A stretch of 64,000 nucleotides of DNA from positions 1,550,001 to 1,614,000 of the forward strand of contig CATNEN010000033.1 in NCBI GenBank assembly GCA_950097015.1, given 5' to 3'. Below the pieces are notes generated by a model, which saw only the letters and a list, made by a program, of their open reading frames with translations, ran no database searches and was not told where the DNA came from. The first letter of the stretch is position 1. Each line of letters begins with the position of its first letter. Positions 50,063-63,303 of this stretch are shown in pieces. The translations under genes were made by a program, and so were the position numbers. This DNA comes from Macrostomum hystrix. Taxonomy: Eukaryota > Animalia > Platyhelminthes.

Positions 50063-53000
50063 ATGGCAGAAGAAACAAATGACAAACCGAAAGCTATTGA
50101 ATTAACAGAAGAGAAATTGACTTCATTTGCTGATTTGGTAAGTGACTTTTCTTTTAAATTGTTCTTATCTCCAGTGAATATAGCTTATTGCTTGATTTAA
50201 AACTAAGAAATCACATTGAATTCCTCTTCTACCTGTCAGGGTGTTAACGAGGCACTGTGTGAAGTGATCGCCAGCCTGCAGTGGCGCGCACCCACAGCCA
50301 TCCAGGTGGAGGCCATTCCTCTGGCGCTGGCTGGGCGCGATGTCATCGGCTTAGCTGAGACTGGCTCTGGCAAGACTGCCGCCTTCGCCCTGCCAATCAT
50401 TCAGGCCCTGCTGGAGGGCGAGGCGCATCCGAATTTCGCTTTGGTGCTGACACCAACAAGAGAGTTGGCCATTCAGATTCAGGAGCAGTTTCAGGTGAGG
50501 CCTAGGGTTACTGAGTCTTATATTGAACACTATTTAATTCCAATCATTCAGGTTCATAGTCCCTTTCGACCTATTTATGTTTTCCTTAAATTGAGTTTCT
50601 CTGCAGTCCTTTCTTAGTTTTTATCGCTCCGTTTTGGTCCTTCCACCCAAATCGTTCCTTGTCACTCCTTTAGAGCCATTAATCTACTCCGAATCGAAGC
50701 TCGCATCTCAACTGTTTCCAGGCCCTGGGCAAGCCACTTGGGGTTCGCACTATTTGCCTTGTTGGCGGCCTGCACAAAACCGACCAGGCCATTGTGCTGT
50801 CCAAGCGCCAGCATCACGTGATCATCGCTACTCCCGGCCGTCTGGCCGATCATCTGGCCGACACCAAAGGATTCGATTTGCGCCGACTGCGCTTCCTAGT
50901 ACTCGACGAAGCCGACCGGATTCTCAATATGGACTTTGAGGACTCGCTCAACAAGATTCTACAGGTTTGTGCTCCCCATTTTATTTGCTGTAGGGAGGTC
51001 GGTTGGCTGAGACTTGAGAGCAGACGGATGCTAGTCATTTCGTCAACTTTTTTTATGAATAACGATTAAAAACCTGGTCACTTATTGAACCGTGCAGTTA
51101 GCATAGGTTAGCGCATATACAATCAAAAGAATAAGCCTTACATACAATTTTAGGCATTGGCTCAGCGATGGCCAGACAATGACCCACTAATGCGTATGTA
51201 ATAGGCCTCTTTAAAACAAAGATAAAAAACAACCACATTTTTGTAACAGAATACAAAATTTCTTTATTTTTCCTAAGTCTTACTGAATTCAAATTCGTGC
51301 ACAACTCTAAATTGCTTCGGTACACATCCTTTTCTTATGACTCTTTATGTTTCAATTATCAACATTAGGATTATATTTTCATTCATTCCGTTATAACACA
51401 ACATTATATTATTCCATGTCAGTGGCTTTGACGCAATTCTTAGTTTTGGTCACTTTCGTATTGACGTTCACGAAGAGCTTGTAGCCCAGTGGTCAGAGCG
51501 TCGGACTCACAACTTGAAGGTCCGGGGCTCGATTCCCGACTCCACTGGAACCATTTGTGTCCTTAAACAAGATACTTAACTCTAAATTGCTTCAGCTCAC
51601 CCAGCTGTTAAATGGGTACCAGCATTAGCTGGGGTAATTGAGAGTGGGTGTGGCGTCCCCCCAGTCCATGGACTGAACACCCGTACGCAGCATTCAGAAG
51701 CGCCGCGCAAAAGCTGCGACTGTGCTGTCGGCTGCACATCTGACCCGATTGGGGCAGCTGTAATCAATTATTATTCTTAATATTATTATCACTTTTGTAA
51801 ACTAGTTAGAACTAAAAATAAAAACCATTGGAAACCTGCCATATCGGTAGAAGAACGAGAATGAGAAAGGACAGAACATGGGTTCATTACTAGCTTTGTA
51901 TACGTTGATCTCTTGTGACTTATAAAAATCTCCAAACCGGCCGTCCAATCAAAGGAGCTGCCCCGCGATCGCCGCACCTACCTATTCAGCGCCACCATGA
52001 CTAAGAAGGTAGCCAAGCTGCAGCGAGCCAGCCTCCGCGATCCAATCAAAGTTGAAGTCAGCGGCAAGTACAGCACAGTTGATAAGCTAGCCCAGTATTA
52101 TCTGTTCATACCGGCCAAGCTGAAGGATCACTACCTGGCCTACCTGCTGCACCAGCTGTCTGGCAGTACCATTGTGTTCACGCACACCAGACTGCAGGCC
52201 AGTCGGGTTGCCCTGTTACTCCGCGCTTTAGGCTTCTCAGCCGTCCCACTGCACGGCCAGATGGCTCAGAACAAGCGCATCGCCGCCCTGAACAAATTCC
52301 GCGCCAAAGACCGCGGCATTCTAGTCGCCACAGATGTGGCCAGCCGCGGCTTGGACATTCCTCACGTTGACAATGTGCTTAACTTTGACCTATCCAGCAA
52401 TGTGAAAGACTATGTGCACAGGGTTGGCCGCACCGCCCGCGCTGGCCGGCCAGGCATGTCGGTCACCTTCGTCACACAGTACGATGTCATGCTCTACATG
52501 GAGGTGGAGCGAGCCATCGGCAAGAAGCTGCCACTGTATGAGGTTAACCGAGATGAGGTTGTGAGGCTGGGGGACCAGGTTAGTGCTAGCGACAGTTTCT
52601 TTGCTGGTAAAATATATCCCTCCATTTTCCTCACTCCAACTGTTTACCTGCACCTGTCTACCTTCACCTGTCTACCTTCACCTGTCTACCTTCACCTGTC
52701 TACCATTCCCTGTCTACCTTCACCTGTCTACCTTTACCTGTCTACCTTCACCTGTCTACCTTCACCTGTATACCTTCACCTGTCTACCATTCCCTGTCTA
52801 CCTTCACCTGTCTACCTTTACCTGTCTACCTTCACCTGTCTACCTTCACCTGTCTACCTTCACCTGTCTACCATTCCCTGTCTACCTTCACCTGTCTACC
52901 TTCACCTGTCTACCTTCACCTGTCTACCTTCACCTGTCTACCTTTAACTAACCTCACCTGTCCTTCCTGTCCCGCTGCCCAGGTGAGCGAAGCCCAGCGC

Positions 53001-53240
53001 ATCGCCAAGATGGAGCTGCAGGATCTCATGAAGGGTCGCCAGGCAAAAAAGCGACGCGCAAACGGCGACGACGATGACGACGGCGAGGACGCGGCCGAGG
53101 CCGAGGATGCGGGCGCTGGCATGGACGAGCTGGAGGGCGGCACTGGCGGCCGGAAGAAGATCTTTGCCAAGCGGAAGACGCCACAGCAGCAGCAGCACCA
53201 GGGCAAACCGAAACACGCTAAGAAACGCCGAAAGAATTGA
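50063..53240 (+). CDS. DDX47: DEAD-box RNA helicase DDX47/Rrp3; exons 50063-50137, 50240-50494, 50722-50964, 51955-52578, 52983-53240
   Basis: [41 protein letters not shown]-like [20 protein letters not shown]; all phase-0 junctions. Confidence 0.93.
51474..51790 (+). mobile_element. tRNA-derived SINE (~315 bp) with a CORE-like central block, in DDX47 intron 3
   Basis: A-box TAGCCCAGTGG, B-box GGCTCGATTCC, then TGTGTCCTTAAACAAGATACTTAAC...CACCCAGCTGTTAAATGGGTACC, and an (ATT)n-type tail. Confidence 0.75.
52645..52948. repeat. 14-bp minisatellite filling DDX47 intron 4
   Basis: CCTTCACCTGTCTA repeated. Confidence 0.95.
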
Positions 53241-53507
53241 TGAATGAGAATCAGGGAGCCGAATTTTTTTTTCGCGTTGCACAGCATTTGTGAATAGTAG
53301 TAAACTATTTCGATAACAATTTTAAGAATAACTATAAAGTTTGCGCTCTATTGATCCAGCATTTTGTTGTTTGCCTTGCGAATGAAATCATGTGTAATTT
53401 AATTTGCTTACTTTATTATTTTATAACTAAAAGTTTAGTTATAAAAGGCACTTATTACCTCTCGTCAAGTCATGATCAATCGGGTCGATTCCGCATAACA
53501 ATTCATT

Positions 53508-53843
53508 ACAGCCCATCAGGTCATTACATCCCATCAGGTCATTACATCCCATCAGGTCATTACATCCCATCAGGTCATTACATCCCATCAGGTCATTACA
53601 TCCCATCAGGTCATTACAGCCCATCAGGTCATTACAGCCCATCAGGTCATTACATCCCATCAGGTCATTACATCCCATCAGGTCATTACAGCCCATCAGG
53701 TCATTACAGCCCATCAGGTCATTACAGCCCATCAGGTCATTACAGCCCATCAGGTCATTACAGCCCATCAGGTCATTACATCCCATCAGGTCATTACATC
53801 CCATCAGGTCATTACATCCCATCAGGTCATTACAGCCCATCAG
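53508..53843. repeat. 18-bp minisatellite between DDX47 and TCP1
   Basis: CCATCAGGTCATTACA(TC/GC) repeated. Confidence 0.95.
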
Positions 53844-53935
53844 GTTTTACATCCCAAATAGATCAATTAAGTCCATTAAGTGTTTAATGTCATACTAAAC
53901 AGGCATAATAGTACAGTGTTCTCACACCTTCAGCA

Positions 53936-56080
53936 ATGGCTGGTAACGCGAACACCTCCAACCTGCTGATGGTATCCGGCGAGCGCCTGACAGGCGAGTC
54001 AGTTCGTCACCAGAATGTGGTGGCGGCCGCCTCTATCGCCAACATTGTGAAGACTAGCCTGGGTCCAGTCGGCCTAGACAAGATGCTAGTTGACGATGTC
54101 GGCGATGTCACTATCACCAACGACGGAGCCACTATCTTGAAGCTGCTGGAGGTGGAGCATCCGGCTGCCAAGATTCTGGTTGAGCTGGCTCAGCTGCAAG
54201 ACGAGGAGGTTGGCGATGGCACCACCAGCGTTGTGCTAATCGCGGCCGAGCTGCTGAAGAACGCCGAGGAGCTGATGTCGCTGAAGATCCACCCGACCAC
54301 CATCATCTCTGGCTATCGGTTGGCTTGTCGCGAAGCTGTCAAATTTATCAACGAGCGCCTTGTTATTAGCGTTGACGACCTGGCCAGGGATAACATCGTG
54401 AACGCCGCCAAGACTTCCATGAGCTCCAAGATCATCGGCTGCGATGCTGAGCTCTTTGCCGCCATGACTGTGGACGCCGCCATGGCTGTTCGAGTGGCCG
54501 ATGGCAAAGGCGGCTATCGATACCCAATCAAGGCTGTCAATGTGCTTAAGGTGAGATTTGCGAGTCGCTTTCTTTATTATATTTAAAATTCAACCTTCTC
54601 AAAATTGCGAAGTCGGTCACCCGATACTCGAAACAACGATCCAAACCCTCAAAGATCCTCAAATTGGGGAAGTCATCCGCCAAGATCCTCGAATTGGGGA
54701 AAGCCATCCGCCAAGATCCTCAAATTGAAAAGTACCAAAACACGCCCGACAATTTCGCATTCCACAAATCCACAGGCCCACGGAGGTTCCACCCGCGAGA
54801 GCGTGCTGATCAACGGCTACGCCCTGAACTGCACCGTCGGATCCGTCCAGATGCCGAAGAAGCTGACCAACGCTCGCATCGCCTGTCTGGATTTCAGCCT
54901 GCAGAAGTCCAAGATGAAGCTTGGCGTCCAGCTGGTAATTGAGACGCCTGAGCAGCTGGAGCTGATGCGCGCTCGCGAGTCGGACATGACCAAGGAGCGC
55001 ATCCAGAAGATCCTGGCTTCGGGAGCGAATGTCATCCTCACCACCGGCTCCATTGACGACCTATGCATGAAGTACTTCGTGGAGGCCGGCGCTATGGCTG
55101 TGCGCCGGTGCAAGAAGATCGACCTGAAGCGCATCGCCAAGGCCACCGGCGGCCAGTTCGTGGTCTCCATGACCAACCTGGAGGGCGAGGAGTCTTTCGA
55201 CTCCTCCCTGCTAGGCCAGGCCGATAGCGTCGCCCAGGAGCGAATCTCCGACGACGAGCTGATTGTGATTCGCGGCCCGAAGGCCCGCACCGCTGCCAGC
55301 ATTATGCTGCGCGGAGCCAACGATTTCTACTGTGACGAGATGGAGCGCAGCGTGCATGACGCCCTCTGCGTAGTCAAGCGGGTGCTGGAGGGCCGCCAGC
55401 TGGTGCCAGGTGGTGGTGCTGTCGAGGTCGCTCTTAACATCTACCTGGAGAACTACGCCACCTCCTTGGCCTCGCGTGAGCAGATGGCTATCGCCGAGTT
55501 TGCCAGGGCCCTGCTCTGCGTGCCCAAACAGCTGGCCGTTAACGCCGCTCAGGACTCCACCGAGCTGGTTGCCCAGCTGCGCGCTCGCCACAATGCCAGC
55601 CAGGTCAACAAGGAAAGCGCCGCCTACAAGTGGTGAGGAGCCTGTCTGACCAGCCCCAGCTACCTGACTCTCCTGTAGTGCTCACACTCTAACCCTCAGT
55701 ATTTTCCAATCCAGTCCTTGCTTTCCCTTGCCTGTCCTGTCCTGCTCTGTTTTATTTGATCCAGTTTTTGATCCGGATTTTCATGCCGATTGGTTGAACA
55801 TTTTGGGAGATACAGAAAAAATAGAAATGAGGGTGTTTGAAGCACCCCACCGTGTTCTTTCTACTGCTAACTGAATTCCTTCCCTCCCAACCCTGACAGG
55901 TACGGCCTGGACCTGCAGGAAGGCAAGGTGCGCGACAACAAAGAGGCCGGCGTCCTGGAGCCTGCCATCAGCAAGATCAAGAGCTTGAAGTTCGCCACTG
56001 AGGCGGCCATCACCATTCTGCGCATCGACGACCAGATCAAGCTGACACCGGACGCTCCGCAAGGTCGCGGCGGTCATTAA
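53936..56080 (+). CDS. TCP1: T-complex protein 1 subunit alpha (CCT1); exons 53936-54550, 54776-55632, 55900-56080
   Basis: [59 protein letters not shown] chaperonin signatures of the alpha subunit. Confidence 0.97.
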
Positions 56081-57107
56081 GCGTCAGTTGGGCGATGAAA
56101 TGTCTGACGGACAAGAACTTACAATGTTCTCTCTTCTTCTCTCTGACTTGTTTTTTCTATTAAAAACTTTCCTAGAAACACAAAATTGTTGCTCTTTTTC
56201 TACTCAGACTCGGATACACAGACGCAAGCTAGCCCCAGCCTTCCCGCCCTATGTGCTTGTTACTCTCGACGCAGCGAAGCCGAAGTGTGTGTGTGTGTGT
56301 GTGTGTGTGTGGTCTGCCACGTTTTATTGCAGCTCCTAGCAGGAATGAGACACTGATTGATTGACTGCGCTCGAAATTTCATGATCAACTCAATTTTTTT
56401 ATTTAGTGAGTAAAATATTATTATTCCTTTGGAAACGTTACAGCCATAGCTTCTTATTTTCCAGGACACTTGTTATTTAAGCCAAGATCTCTTTGCCAGC
56501 CTAAGCATACCTAAGCAAGTTATTTGGGAAAAGTTTTGGTCTTCGCAGTGAAGCAACAGCTTATATGCCTGCCAATAAGGCGTGCATGTGCTTTCTTGAA
56601 ATTGTAGGCCACTTACTCTTGATTAGCAGCTTGCAATAATCGTAACAAATAAATAAACAGTTTTTCATCAGCGAGCCATGCACATCGGCTCCATGTGGAA
56701 CAAAATTATTTGCGCTTTCTTCAAATTGGATATTTTGTCAGCAATTGATTATCTCTAGAAACTAGAATCCTTATGGTGAATCAGGTGCCTGAGTTCGAAT
56801 CCGCGAATCCGAAGCCATGGAGAGAATGCTTAGGGTCTTGTCCTGCAATTTGAGCTTATGAGGACCAACCATGGATTTCTAAAATTCTTAATTGTCAATA
56901 GAATCAGTATCTGCTTATTCATTTCTGAATTATTGATATTACACAGTTTATTAATGGTCAATCAATACTCTGCAACCCAGTTTAAATTGAGCTGCGTGTT
57001 AGTAACAAACTGAAAACTAGTCAACTTATTGACTAGATTTCCCTCCGCAGCGCAAATAATAGAGAGCAGCCCGGATCGCACTACTAACTCAGTAGCAAAG
57101 TCAGAGC

Positions 57108-60100
57108 ATGTCGGAGGGCGCCGGCGGAAGTGGCGTTGGCGATCAGGAAAGTGGCCGATTTGTTTCCAAGCTAATCGAGCTCGAGTCCTATCGATGCCCG
57201 CCCTACAAACTGCCTGCCTCCACTCAGATGCAGCTGCAGAGGCAGAGGCTCGAGCAGAAGCAGCAGCAGCAAAGCTTACTTGCCGAACTTGAAGATGGGG
57301 ACGACTCTGTCTCCAGCCTGTCGGAGGCCTCCGAGGGCCTGATGTCCGCCGTGCAGGACGACCCGGACCTGTACGACAGCTACGTCAGCGGCCGCATCGA
57401 CTTTGACCAGCTGGCAGACACGGTCCGCCGACGCTACGTCAGCGTCGGTCCCGATGCCGACGCTGAAGTCGACACAAACGACGGCGTTGTTGGAGACGAT
57501 GATGACGGCGAAGATCTGGTCCGGGAGCTCATGTCAGCCGACTCGCCGCCGCAGCCGCCGTCAAAGTCTGCGTCGTTGAAGCGTCGGCGCACGATGTCGA
57601 CAAAGAAGGCGGCGACGGCTGGGCAGGCGGTAAAAAAACAGCGTCGATCAGCCGCCGCTAGTGCGTCCGCCTCAGCCGAGAGCTTCGATGGCGGCGGCGG
57701 CGGCAGCGGCGGCAGCGGCGGCGGCGGCAGCGGCGGCGGCGGAGGTGGTTCGGTGTTTGTGAGCTACCTCGACGAGTCCCTGCGCGGCCTGGTTGGCCAA
57801 GCGTCGCTTCAGCTGGCCAAAGGTGACTCGGCCGGGGCTATTCGCATCTGCGAGGAGGTCATGAAAATTCAGCCGCGCAGTCACGAAGTCTACGAGACTC
57901 TGCACGAGGCCTATGAAAAGCTTGGCCAGGAGGAGAAGTCCGCCCAGTTCCTGCTGGTTGCCGCCCACCTGCACCGCTCAGACCCGTCCAAGTGGTGCCG
58001 ACTAGCTGAGCTCAGCCGATCCGCCGGCAAGTTTAAAGAGGCTGCCCAGTATCTTACCAGGTATGCGCTGATGATGGGAGACACAAATACTCTTTTTTTG
58101 CATGTTTTGAGACCCCATTAGTGAACTTTTTTATCGTACCTGTCTTATGTGACCCCTCTTTTATGACCTATTCCATCCCTCTTTATTAACCTAGCCATCC
58201 TACCTGTCCTCCGTTGACCTTGTTCTCACATCCCCTGTCCACATGTGACGCCGTTCTCACATGCCCTGCCCTCATGTGACCCTGTTCTCACATCCCCTGC
58301 CCTCATGTGACGCCGTTCTCACATGCCCTGCCCTCATGTGACCCTGTTCTCACATCCCCTGCCCTCATGTGACCCTGTTCTCACATCCCCTGCCCTCATG
58401 TGACGCTGTTCTCACATCCCCTGCCCTCATGTGACGCTGTTCTCACATCCCCTGCCCTCATGTGACCCTGTTCTCACATCCCCTGCCCTCATGTGACGCT
58501 GTTCTCACATCCCCTGCCCTCATGTGACCCTGTTCTCACATCCCCTGCCCTCATGTGACCCTGTTCTCACATCCCCTGCCCTCATGTGACCCTGTTCTCA
58601 CATCCCCTGTCCTCATGTGACCCTGTTCTCACATCCCCTGTCCTCATGTGACGCTGTTCTCACATCCCCTGCCCTCATGTGACGCTGTTCTCACATCCCC
58701 TGCCCTCATGTGACCCTGTTCTCACATCCCCTGCCCTCATGTGACCCTGTTCTCACATCCCCTGCCCTCATGTGACCCTGTTCTCACATCCCCTGTCCTC
58801 ATGTGACGCTGTTCTCACATCCCCTGCCCTCATGTGACCCTGTTCTCACATCCCCTGCCCTCATGTGACGCTGTTCTCACATGCCCTGCCCTCATGTGAC
58901 CCTGTTCTCACATCCCCTGCCCTCATGTGACGCTGTTCTCACATCCCCTGTCCACATGTGACGCTGTTCTCACATCCCCTGTCCACATGTGACGCTGTTC
59001 TCACATCCCCTGTCCACATGACCACATGTGATGCTGTTCCTTATGTGAAGCTAACATGTCCTGATGTGACGCCGTTCTCACATGCCCTGTCCTCATGTGA
59101 CGCTGTTCTCACATCCCCTGTCCTCATGTGACGCCGTTCTCACATGCCCTGTCCTCATGTGACGCTGTTCTCACATCCCCTGTCCACATGTGACGCTGTT
59201 CTCACATCCCCTGTCCACATGTGACGCTGTTCTCACGTCCCCTGTCCTCATGTGACGCTGTTCTCACATCCTCTGTCCTCATGTGACCCTGTTCTCACAT
59301 CCCCTGTACTCATGTGAGAAGTTGCTTTCCTGTCCCTGAGACGACCCCCTCAGCTCGCACCGACCCCCGCCGCATATGCAGCGCCATCCGAATCGGCGGC
59401 CCGGACAGCGACATGCTTCGGGTTGAGCGAGCCGAGCTCTACAAACTGGCCGGCGACACCTCGGCCTACCTGCGCGCCTATCTGGACGTCCTGCGCCGCA
59501 TTGAGATGGAGCCGGACCAGGCGCTGCAGCTGGCCAGAGAGCTGGCCGACGGCTTCTACCGGCAGGATGATTGTGACCGCGCTGCCGCCTGCTACGAGGT
59601 GGCGTTTCAGCGATTCCCGGCTCTGCGCACCGACGCTGAAGCTAACATTGCCATCGACCTGCTGTTTAAGAGTTCCAGGTAAGATAACTGCGACTCATAC
59701 TTGGTATGATTGTCCTTTCCAGTGGGATTTTCGATTTCTCTATCATTTCAAATGGGATTTCGAAAAAATTATATTATTTTTTGGGATTTAAGATGATTCT
59801 ATTATTTGAATGTGATTTGTAATAAATTTATCATTTCCATTGGGATTTGGGATGATTCCATCATTTCCACTGGGATTTGGGGATTATTCTATCAATTCCA
59901 CTGGGATTTGGGGATTATTCTATCATTTCCACAGGGATTTGGGATGATTCTATCATTTCCACTGGGAATTGGGATGATTCTATCATTTCCAGTGGGATTT
60001 GGGATGATTCTACCATTTCCAGTGGGATTTGGGATGATTCTATCATTTCCAGTGGGATTTGGGATGATTCTATCATTTCCAGTGGGATTTGGGATGATTC

Positions 60101-63100
60101 TACCATTTCCAGTGGGATTTGGGATGATTCTATCAATTCCACTGGGAATTGGGATGATTCTATCAATTCCACTGGGAATTGGGATGATTCTATCATTTCC
60201 ACTGGGAATTGGGATGATTCTATCATTTCCAGTGGGATTTGGGATGATTCTACCATTTCCAGTGGGATTTGGGATGATTCTATCATTTCCAGTGGGATTT
60301 GGGATGATTCTATCATTTCCAGTGGGATTTGGGATGATTCTACCATTTCCAGTGGGATTTGGGATGATTCTATCAATTCCACTGGGAATTGGGATGATTC
60401 TATCATTTCCACTGGGAATTGGGATGATTCTATCATTTCCAGTGGGATTTGGGATGATTCTACCATTTCCAGTGGGATTTGGGATGACTCTACCATTTCC
60501 AGTGGGATTTGGGATGACTCTACCATTTCCAGTGGGATTTGGGATGACTCTACCATTTCCAGTGGGATTTGGGATGATTCTATCATTTCCAGTGGGATTT
60601 GGGATGATTCTATCATTTCCAGTGGGATTTGGGATGATTCTATCAATTCCACTGGGAATTAGAATGATTCTACAATTTCAAATGGGAATTGGGATAATTT
60701 TATCATTTTCTATGGGATTGATTGAGCCCGTCTTTTTAAATGTGGTTGTGGATGATTCTGTCATTACAGTTGCAGTTGCCATCCAGCTACTGATTGCTCC
60801 CTTTCCCATTATCCTGAGCAGTGGCGACCGATTTGTTCGTGCTTTGCACCTGCTAGTCACACACTACGGTGTTTCTCTCCTTCTGCCTCCTGCTGCTGCT
60901 GCGGTCTCGGCCACCGAAGCTGTTCAGCAGCAGCAGCAGCGCCTGTCCTCAGGCGTCACTCAGTCTCAGCTGGACAGCGCACTGAAGCAGCTTCAAAGAG
61001 CTGGACAAGCGGCCACCATTGGCGTTGAACTGCCGGCCTCTCTCCTGCCGGACCTGCTCGCCAAGCTGGCCGTGGCTCTGGCCGGATTGAAATGCCCGGC
61101 CGCTGCAAGTCCGATTGTCACCGACCGCCTGATGGCCCTGCCGCCTCTGGAAAACAGCGACCTGCTACTGGATGTGGCCGAAGCCTTCAGCGGTGCGGGC
61201 ATGCACAACCAGGCCTGCGGCATCCTGCAGAGCCTACTGCAGGACGGAGTCTGCAACGACAAGGCCGCCGTGTGGCTGAGCTATGCTCAGTGCCTCAAAG
61301 AGCTGGGCAAGCTGAGCGAATGCGCCGCCGCTTATGAGAGAACCATCCAACTGGCACCGGACTATCACCAAGCCAGGCTGGCCCTGAGCGATGTGCAGGT
61401 AGGCAGCCTGAATTTATACTCTCACCTCATTATATTCCACTCTCATTTGACTATATTCCACTCTCACCTGACTATATTCCACTCTCACCTGACCATATTC
61501 CACTCTCACCTGACCATATTACACTCTCACCTGACTATGTTCCACTCTCGCCTGACTATATTCCACTCTCACCTGACTATATTCCACTCTCACCTGACTA
61601 TATTCCACTCTCACCTGACTATATTCCACTCTCACCTGACTATATTCCACTCTCACCTGACTATATTCCACTCTCACCTGGCCATATTCCACTCCCACCT
61701 GACTATATTCCACTCTCACCTGTCTATATTCCACTCTCACCTGACCATATTCTACTCTCACCATATTCCACTCGACTCCAGGTGAGCCTGGGACAAAGCG
61801 CCGAAGCCCTCGAAACGCTTCGTTTGCCGCCTTCAACTGAAGCCGCCGACGCCACGGCGGAGTCGGCCAAGCTGGCCCTCAATCGCTGCCTGATGCTGAT
61901 GCACCGCGACCCGGCCTCATTCGAGTTGGAGGCCTGGCGGCTGGTCTTTGGCCGCCTGGAGCCGCTGTTCGTGAGCCTGGGCTGCGCCAGCCTGCCGGCA
62001 ATGCAGGCCATGTTCACCCGGGGACGGCGGGCCGACAGCCTCGTTGATAGGGCGAGCAAAGCCTTCGGCCGGGCTGCGGGACACGTCAGTTCGGATGATC
62101 TGTGGGATGTGTACAGGTGAACTTGATTGTGGGGTCGTAGCTTTTACCATAATCCGGCCATTTACATCTCCAAGATTATCTAAAATGAGATTTCCCATTC
62201 CTAAGATTCCCGGCGAATGGGATTCCCACCCCCTAAAATGATCGATTATGGGATTTCCGCTCCCTAAGATTATCTACAATCGGATTTTCTTTCCAAGATG
62301 ACCGTCGATTAGATTTTTCAGTCCCTAAGATTATCCCACTCATTAGACTCTCATTAGTCACTAACTTCGTTTAGCGACGATCCCTTGAATCCCCATACTG
62401 AACGGTCGCTCATTCCCAATGCCCGCACCAGGCGGCTGGTGCAGCGCCTGTTTGACTCTCAGCAATGGGATCGGCTGGACCGGGCCACCACCTGGGCGCT
62501 ATACCATCCCGCCTTCAGCGGCAACCGGCGCCGATGTGAGCAGATCAACCTGCTGGCCCTGACTGCGGCATTCTACACCGGCTCTCTGGACTCTGTGCTG
62601 CAGATTGCCAGGGATTTCTGCTGCCGCTACCAGAAGAGCAGCGTGGGCGTCAACATCCTCGGCCTGCTGGCCTGCCTCACCCACTGCAGCGAGCGGGTGC
62701 CGCTGCGGATGGCCTCCCGACTGCCCCGCCTCCGCTACCCGCTGCTGCTCCTGACTGCCCAGGGCTTCCTGCTCACCGGCAAGTACCGCCGGGCCCTGCT
62801 GGCGCTCACCCACCTGCGCCGGGTGCGGCAGGACGATCCGCTGGTGCCCCTGCTGGCCGCCTCCGCCTTCGCCTCCCTGGCCTGTCAGCGGCATCTGGCC
62901 AATCGGCACTTCTTTGTGGCCAACGCCTGCGCCATGCTCACCTGCTATGCCCAGCTGCGGGCTCCGGGGGCCTCCGACTGCCAGGAAGTGGCCTACAACA
63001 CTGCCAGGTGAGCTTGCCCACACCTGCCCATCACCTTTGGCCCCCCGCTCTTTCTTCCGCGCATTTAATCTCTGCTGACCTGATCACTGCCGCAGGTGCC

Positions 63101-63303
63101 TGCACCGCCTCGGCCTGTTGCGTCACGCGGCTGCCGGCTACGAGCGGGCCCTGGCCGCCCGGCCCGAAGGCGACACGGCCGAGCAGCGTCGGCGCTATGA
63201 CCTGCGACTGCCGGCGGCGCACAACCTGCTGGTGCTGTACAAGGCTGTGGGCAACGAGGCCATGGTGGCAAGGCTGCTCAGGCAGCACCTGGTCATTGAC
63301 TGA
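57108..63303 (+). CDS. GTF3C3: General transcription factor IIIC subunit 3 (TFIIIC102/Tfc4), TPR protein; exons 57108-58060, 59382-59678, 60822-61398, 61782-62116, 62375-63007, 63096-63303
   Basis: Acidic N-terminus, LRGLVGQASLQLAKGD TPR start, multiple TPRs, C-terminal QRHLANRHFFV...QEVAYNTARCLHRLGL...AAHNLLVLY typical of Tfc4; junction phases consistent. Confidence 0.88.
58215..59312. repeat. 31-bp minisatellite (~35 copies) in GTF3C3 intron 1
   Basis: GTGACGCTGTTCTCACATCCCCTGCCCTCAT and variants. Confidence 0.96.
59835..60665. repeat. 30-bp minisatellite (~27 copies) in GTF3C3 intron 2
   Basis: GGGATGATTCTATCATTTCCAGTGGGATTT and variants. Confidence 0.96.
61420..61775. repeat. 21-bp minisatellite filling GTF3C3 intron 3
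   Basis: CTCACCTGACTATATTCCACT repeated. Confidence 0.95.

Noticed and set aside
51474-51548. Possible tRNA-Val(CAC) gene
   Set aside because: Acceptor and anticodon stems do not pair, the B-box is mutated, and it continues into a SINE body shared with other copies.
53351-53887. ORF with SGHYIP/SGHYSP repeats
   Set aside because: Translation of the 18-bp intergenic array.
59806-61785. 659-aa ORF with GFGMILSFPV and HSHLTIF repeats
   Set aside because: It is GTF3C3 exon 3 (60822-61398) read through two flanking intronic arrays whose units (30 and 21 bp) are multiples of 3 and stop-free; the splice phases bypass them.
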